Part shown: piece by piece, positions 59,691-63,145 of the stretch
How positions within the stretch are numbered: position 1 is the first letter of the stretch
Layout: every line of letters starts with the position of its first letter
From: an uncultured Thermotogaceae bacterium
Lineage (GTDB): Bacteria > Thermotogota > Thermotogae > MWEM01
Direction of reading: 5' to 3'
DNA: 63,145 bases
NCBI GenBank assembly: GCA_964403295.1
Contig: CAYOFT010000003.1
Location: forward strand, 1-63,145
The notes under the pieces: generated by a model
Database searches by the model: none
Seen by the model: the letters and a program-made list of their open reading frames with translations, nothing else
Told to the model about the DNA's origin: nothing
Program-made: the position numbers and the translations under genes

Positions 59691-61069
59691 AACGAAAATT
59701 GATTGAAAAAGCTCTGGCAGTTATGAAAAAAGGTGGAGCTGATTTTGCAGAATTATTTTTAGAAAAACGCACCAGTAACAACATGGAGATGAACAACGGT
59801 AAGTTAGAACAGGTTAACTCAGGACTCATTCATGGAGTAGGCTTAAGAGGAATTGCAGGCAAAAAAGCAATATACGCCTATACCAACGATTTGTCTGAAG
59901 AATCTGTAATCAATGCTTCACAAAGAATTGCTCAAGCAATAGAAGCAAACAGTAAAGAAGATGTTGAGTTGAATCTAACAAAAAGTAAAATGGATAACTT
60001 AAGCCCTATTTTGCTTTTTCCGGACAAAATCAAAAAAGAAGAAAAATACCATATCATGAAACTGGCAAGTGAAGGAGCAGCTTCCTATTCCAAACAAATC
60101 AGCGAGGTCCGTATAAATTATTTCGACTATCGACAAAATATCGTTATTGCCAACTCCGATGGCCTATTAACCGAAGATGAAAGAATAAGAACAAGATTGA
60201 TGATATTTGCTGTGGCTACAAAAGGCAGCGAAAAAGAAACCGGCTTTGTTGGCCCTGGAGCAGGCATGGGTTTTGAATTTTTTAACACGTTTGATGTTAA
60301 AGAATCCGGAAAGGAAGCAGCTAGAATAGCTGTCAAAATGATCAATGCAGAATTTGCCCCCGCAGGTAAAATGCCTGTCATTATTTCAAACAAATTTGGC
60401 GGTGTTATCTTTCACGAAGCTTGTGGACACGCACTTGAAGCGACTTCAGTCGCTAAAGGCGCATCAGTTTTTGCAGACAAATTAGGGCAAAAAATTGCCA
60501 ATGAATGTGTTTCTGCTGTGGACGATGCCACGATACCCAATGCATGGGGTTCTACCAATGTTGATGATGAAGGAACACCGACCCAAAGGACCCTTTTAAT
60601 TGAAAACGGTATATTGAAGAGCTTTCTCATCGATAAACTGGGAGGCATTCGTATGAATATGCAATCCACCGGAAGTGGCCGTCGACAAAATTATACTTTC
60701 GCACCTACTTCAAGAATGTCCAATACCTTCATCCTACCAGGCCGTTTTCTTCCGGAAGAAATCATTGCGGACACGCCAAAGGCGTTATATGCAAAAAAAA
60801 TGGGAGGCGGCTCGGTCAATCCCTCAACAGGAGAGTTTAATTTTTCCGTCAGGGAAGGTTATTTAGTAGAAAACGGTAAAATAGCCAAACCTGTACGAGG
60901 TGCAACATTAATCGGTAAAGGTTTTGAAATTCTCAACAAAATAGACATGATTGGAAACGATTTAGCCAGGGATGAGGGCATGTGTGGATCATTATCTGGA
61001 TCGATCCCTGCAGATGTGGGACAACCGACGATAAGAGTTTCAGAACTATTAGTAGGGGGTAGAAACTGA
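59687..61069 (+). CDS. tldD: TldD metalloprotease subunit
   Basis: GADFAELF, FHEACGH, DDEG, GSGRRQ, SRMSNT. Confidence 0.93.
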   Translation: MKRKLIEKALAVMKKGGADFAELFLEKRTSNNMEMNNGKLEQVNSGLIHGVGLRGIAGKKAIYAYTNDLSEESVINASQRIAQAIEANSKEDVELNLTKSKMDNLSPILLFPDKIKKEEKYHIMKLASEGAASYSKQISEVRINYFDYRQNIVIANSDGLLTEDERIRTRLMIFAVATKGSEKETGFVGPGAGMGFEFFNTFDVKESGKEAARIAVKMINAEFAPAGKMPVIISNKFGGVIFHEACGHALEATSVAKGASVFADKLGQKIANECVSAVDDATIPNAWGSTNVDDEGTPTQRTLLIENGILKSFLIDKLGGIRMNMQSTGSGRRQNYTFAPTSRMSNTFILPGRFLPEEIIADTPKALYAKKMGGGSVNPSTGEFNFSVREGYLVENGKIAKPVRGATLIGKGFEILNKIDMIGNDLARDEGMCGSLSGSIPADVGQPTIRVSELLVGGRN

Positions 61070-62424
61070 TGAAGATAAAAGAGTTTAAAAAAACGGTTTT
61101 TAAAAATGCCAAGAAAAAGGGAATTGAACATTTTGAGTTATATCACATGAGTTCTCATGAATTTGAATGCTCGATCAATAAAGGAGAAATACAGAGTTAT
61201 AAAGACGCAGAAAATGGTGGTGCCAGTTTTAAGGCCTTGAAAGATGGTAAAGCCGGATACAGTTTCACAGAAGATTATACAGAAGATGAAGCCGAGAGAA
61301 TCGTCGCCGATGCACTGGAAAACCTAGAGTTGATCGACTCTGATGATGTGGAAGTCATAGGGACGACTAAATTTGAAATCGAAAACTGGAAAGATTATGA
61401 TATGCGTTTTGATGAAATATCCCCAAAGCAAAAAATTGAAGATACAAAACAATTAGAGAAAAGAATACTGGAAAAAGATCAACGAATCGTCATGGTACCT
61501 TACTGCTTCTACAACGATATGTATAATGAAATTTACTTTGCAAATTCAAATGATGTAGAGTATGCCTACAAAAATGGTGGCGGTGGTATGTATGCCGGTG
61601 CAATGTCAACCAATGGTAAACAAAACAAATTCGGAATGGATTTTTTGTTTACAACTGATCCCAATCAAATTGATATTGAAAAGCTTGCTTCATCTGTTGC
61701 TGAAAAATCTATCGGTTTACTGGATGCCAAAAGCATAAAAAGCGGGAAATACCCTGTAGTCTTAAGTTACAATGTACTTGGCAATATTCTCGGCCTGTTG
61801 GTTCAGATGATATCAGCTGAAAATGTCCAAAAAGGTTTTTCATTGTTAAAAAACAAACTCGGAGAAAATATCGTTTCTGAAAAGATAACCATAACAGACA
61901 AAAGATTCTATCAGGACAGTATTTTCAATTGTCCCGCTGATTCTCAAGGCACCTTGACAAAAGACAAAGAGATCATCTCAGAGGGAGTCCTTACCACCTA
62001 TCTTCACAGCTTAAAGACAGCACTTAAAGATGGTGTTTCTCCTACCGGAAATGCTTTTAGAAGAAGCTATAAAGGAGTAGAATCAATTCTGCCTGTAAAC
62101 ATTGACTTTACTGAGGGAGACATTAGCCTTGAAGGGCTTTTGGAACAAATGGGTTCAGGGTTATACATTACAGGTGTACAGGGAATGCATTCTGGTGCTA
62201 ATCCTGTTTCAGGTGAATTTTCTCTTGGTGCTGAAGGATACAAAATTGAAGATGGAAAAAAGGCCTATCCTATTGAGCAAATCACATTATCGGGAAATCT
62301 TCTTAAAATGCTTCAAGATGTCAAATTAATAGGCTCAGACAAACAGATGGCAATGGTGATGTCCCATGGCATGTATACGCCTTCAATTTTGATCAGTGAA
62401 ATGGATATTGCAGGAAACGAATAA
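61069..62424 (+). CDS. pmbA: PmbA/TldE subunit
   Basis: SGKYPVV, DSQGT, TGNA.R, NPVSGEFSLG, ITLSGN. Confidence 0.9.
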   Translation: MKIKEFKKTVFKNAKKKGIEHFELYHMSSHEFECSINKGEIQSYKDAENGGASFKALKDGKAGYSFTEDYTEDEAERIVADALENLELIDSDDVEVIGTTKFEIENWKDYDMRFDEISPKQKIEDTKQLEKRILEKDQRIVMVPYCFYNDMYNEIYFANSNDVEYAYKNGGGGMYAGAMSTNGKQNKFGMDFLFTTDPNQIDIEKLASSVAEKSIGLLDAKSIKSGKYPVVLSYNVLGNILGLLVQMISAENVQKGFSLLKNKLGENIVSEKITITDKRFYQDSIFNCPADSQGTLTKDKEIISEGVLTTYLHSLKTALKDGVSPTGNAFRRSYKGVESILPVNIDFTEGDISLEGLLEQMGSGLYITGVQGMHSGANPVSGEFSLGAEGYKIEDGKKAYPIEQITLSGNLLKMLQDVKLIGSDKQMAMVMSHGMYTPSILISEMDIAGNE

Positions 62425-62425
62425 G

Positions 62426-63028
62426 ATGTCTGCAACCATCCACATCAGTGTGGGTTTAACTGGTTTAATGGGTTCTGGTAAAAGTGTAGTAGCCAATTAT
62501 TTTAAAAGGGCCGGGTTTCCGGTCCTTTTTATGGATCAGGTTGGACATCATTGCCTTCAAGACACTGAAGTTGTCAAAACTATTGTGAATTCTTTCAGCA
62601 TAAATATTTTAGATAAGGATAACAAAATCAACCGAAAAAAATTGGCAACCATCGTTTTTAACGATCACAAAAAACTCAAACGGTTAAATGCTATTTTGCA
62701 CCCAAAAATGAATCAAAAGGCAAGGGATTGGATTCAAAAACATTTTCAAAAGGGGCGGCAAATTGTTTTTATCGAAGCAGCCATTCTATTCGAAATGGAG
62801 ATGAACAAATTTCTTGATTATTCAGTCTTAATAAAGGCCTCGGAAAAAAATATTGTTGATCGTATTATAAAACGAGATCATAAATCTGAATTTGAAATTC
62901 AGCAAATACTTGAAACTCAGAATACGAATGAAGATAAAGTTGATTACGTCATAATAAACGATGGTTCTTTGGAAGAATTATACAAAAAATGTGATCATCT
63001 AATCAGCGGATTAACGTTAAAATTGTAG
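62426..63028 (+). CDS. coaE: Dephospho-CoA kinase
   Basis: GLTGLMGSGKS, NRKKLA..VF, LNAILHP, EAAILFE, INDGS. Confidence 0.93.
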   Translation: MSATIHISVGLTGLMGSGKSVVANYFKRAGFPVLFMDQVGHHCLQDTEVVKTIVNSFSINILDKDNKINRKKLATIVFNDHKKLKRLNAILHPKMNQKARDWIQKHFQKGRQIVFIEAAILFEMEMNKFLDYSVLIKASEKNIVDRIIKRDHKSEFEIQQILETQNTNEDKVDYVIINDGSLEELYKKCDHLISGLTLKL

Positions 63029-63029
63029 T

Positions 63030-63058
63030 TTGCAAAAAAAGTATTTTTGTGGTAAAAT
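63030..63058 (+). promoter_or_regulatory. sigma-70 promoter of ssrA
   Basis: TTGCAA-N17-TAAAAT with TG extension. Confidence 0.8.
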
Positions 63059-63090
63059 TTATTTCTGTAAAAGGATTTAAACCCCTATAG

Positions 63091-63145
63091 GGGGGCGATC
63101 AGGGTTCGACGGAAGTTGACGGATCTAAGGAAGCGTGCCGAGTTT
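63091..63145 (+). ncRNA. ssrA: tmRNA, 5' part (truncated by window end)
   Basis: GGGGGCGATCAGGGTTCGACGG...GGAAGCGTGCCGAG matches the conserved tmRNA 5' end (GGGG..G...GG.TTCGAC and the GCxxGCCGAG helix). Confidence 0.9.

Noticed and set aside
2612-62329. Many 60-117 aa ORFs in the track nested in or antisense to long genes (for example 2612-2926, 9264-9617, 20266-20586, 39345-39737, 41745-42065)
   Set aside because: Shadow ORFs of well-supported genes; no RBS or recognisable motifs

Overview
63 kb of an AT-rich bacterial chromosome, most likely a Thermotogota lineage. This is inferred from the Thermotoga-like tmRNA 5' end, the split TM0268/TM0269-type methionine synthase and paired DUF4899-like proteins. 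It is mostly densely packed housekeeping genes (metF/metH, yaaR-holB-yaaT, xseAB-dxs, gpsA, plsC, argF, recQ, serS, rlmN-lgt-dnaB, tldD-pmbA-coaE, start of ssrA). I saw no CRISPR array, cas core genes, tRNA/rRNA, integrase or transposase. The standout is a three-gene cassette at 24184-29093: an atypical ECF-like sigma factor, a soluble zinc-binding (ZAS) anti-sigma-like protein, and a cytoplasmic TPR-CHAT caspase-like protease with an intact His/Cys dyad. It is translationally coupled to a nuclease-DinG helicase. It looks like a CRISPR-independent, all-cytoplasmic, split counterpart of the type III-E Csx29/Csx30/sigma and Myxococcus DdvA/DdvS protease-sigma switches. Other notable items: two catalytically dead GGDEF domains that keep the RxxD c-di-GMP site, a CsoR/CstR-type operator before a glutaredoxin, an unannotated 46-aa ORF with RBS and terminator, two apparent pseudo-enzymes (S41, GH3), a sigma-28 promoter and a C-rich motif array after serS. 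All family calls come from motif recognition by eye, not database searches.
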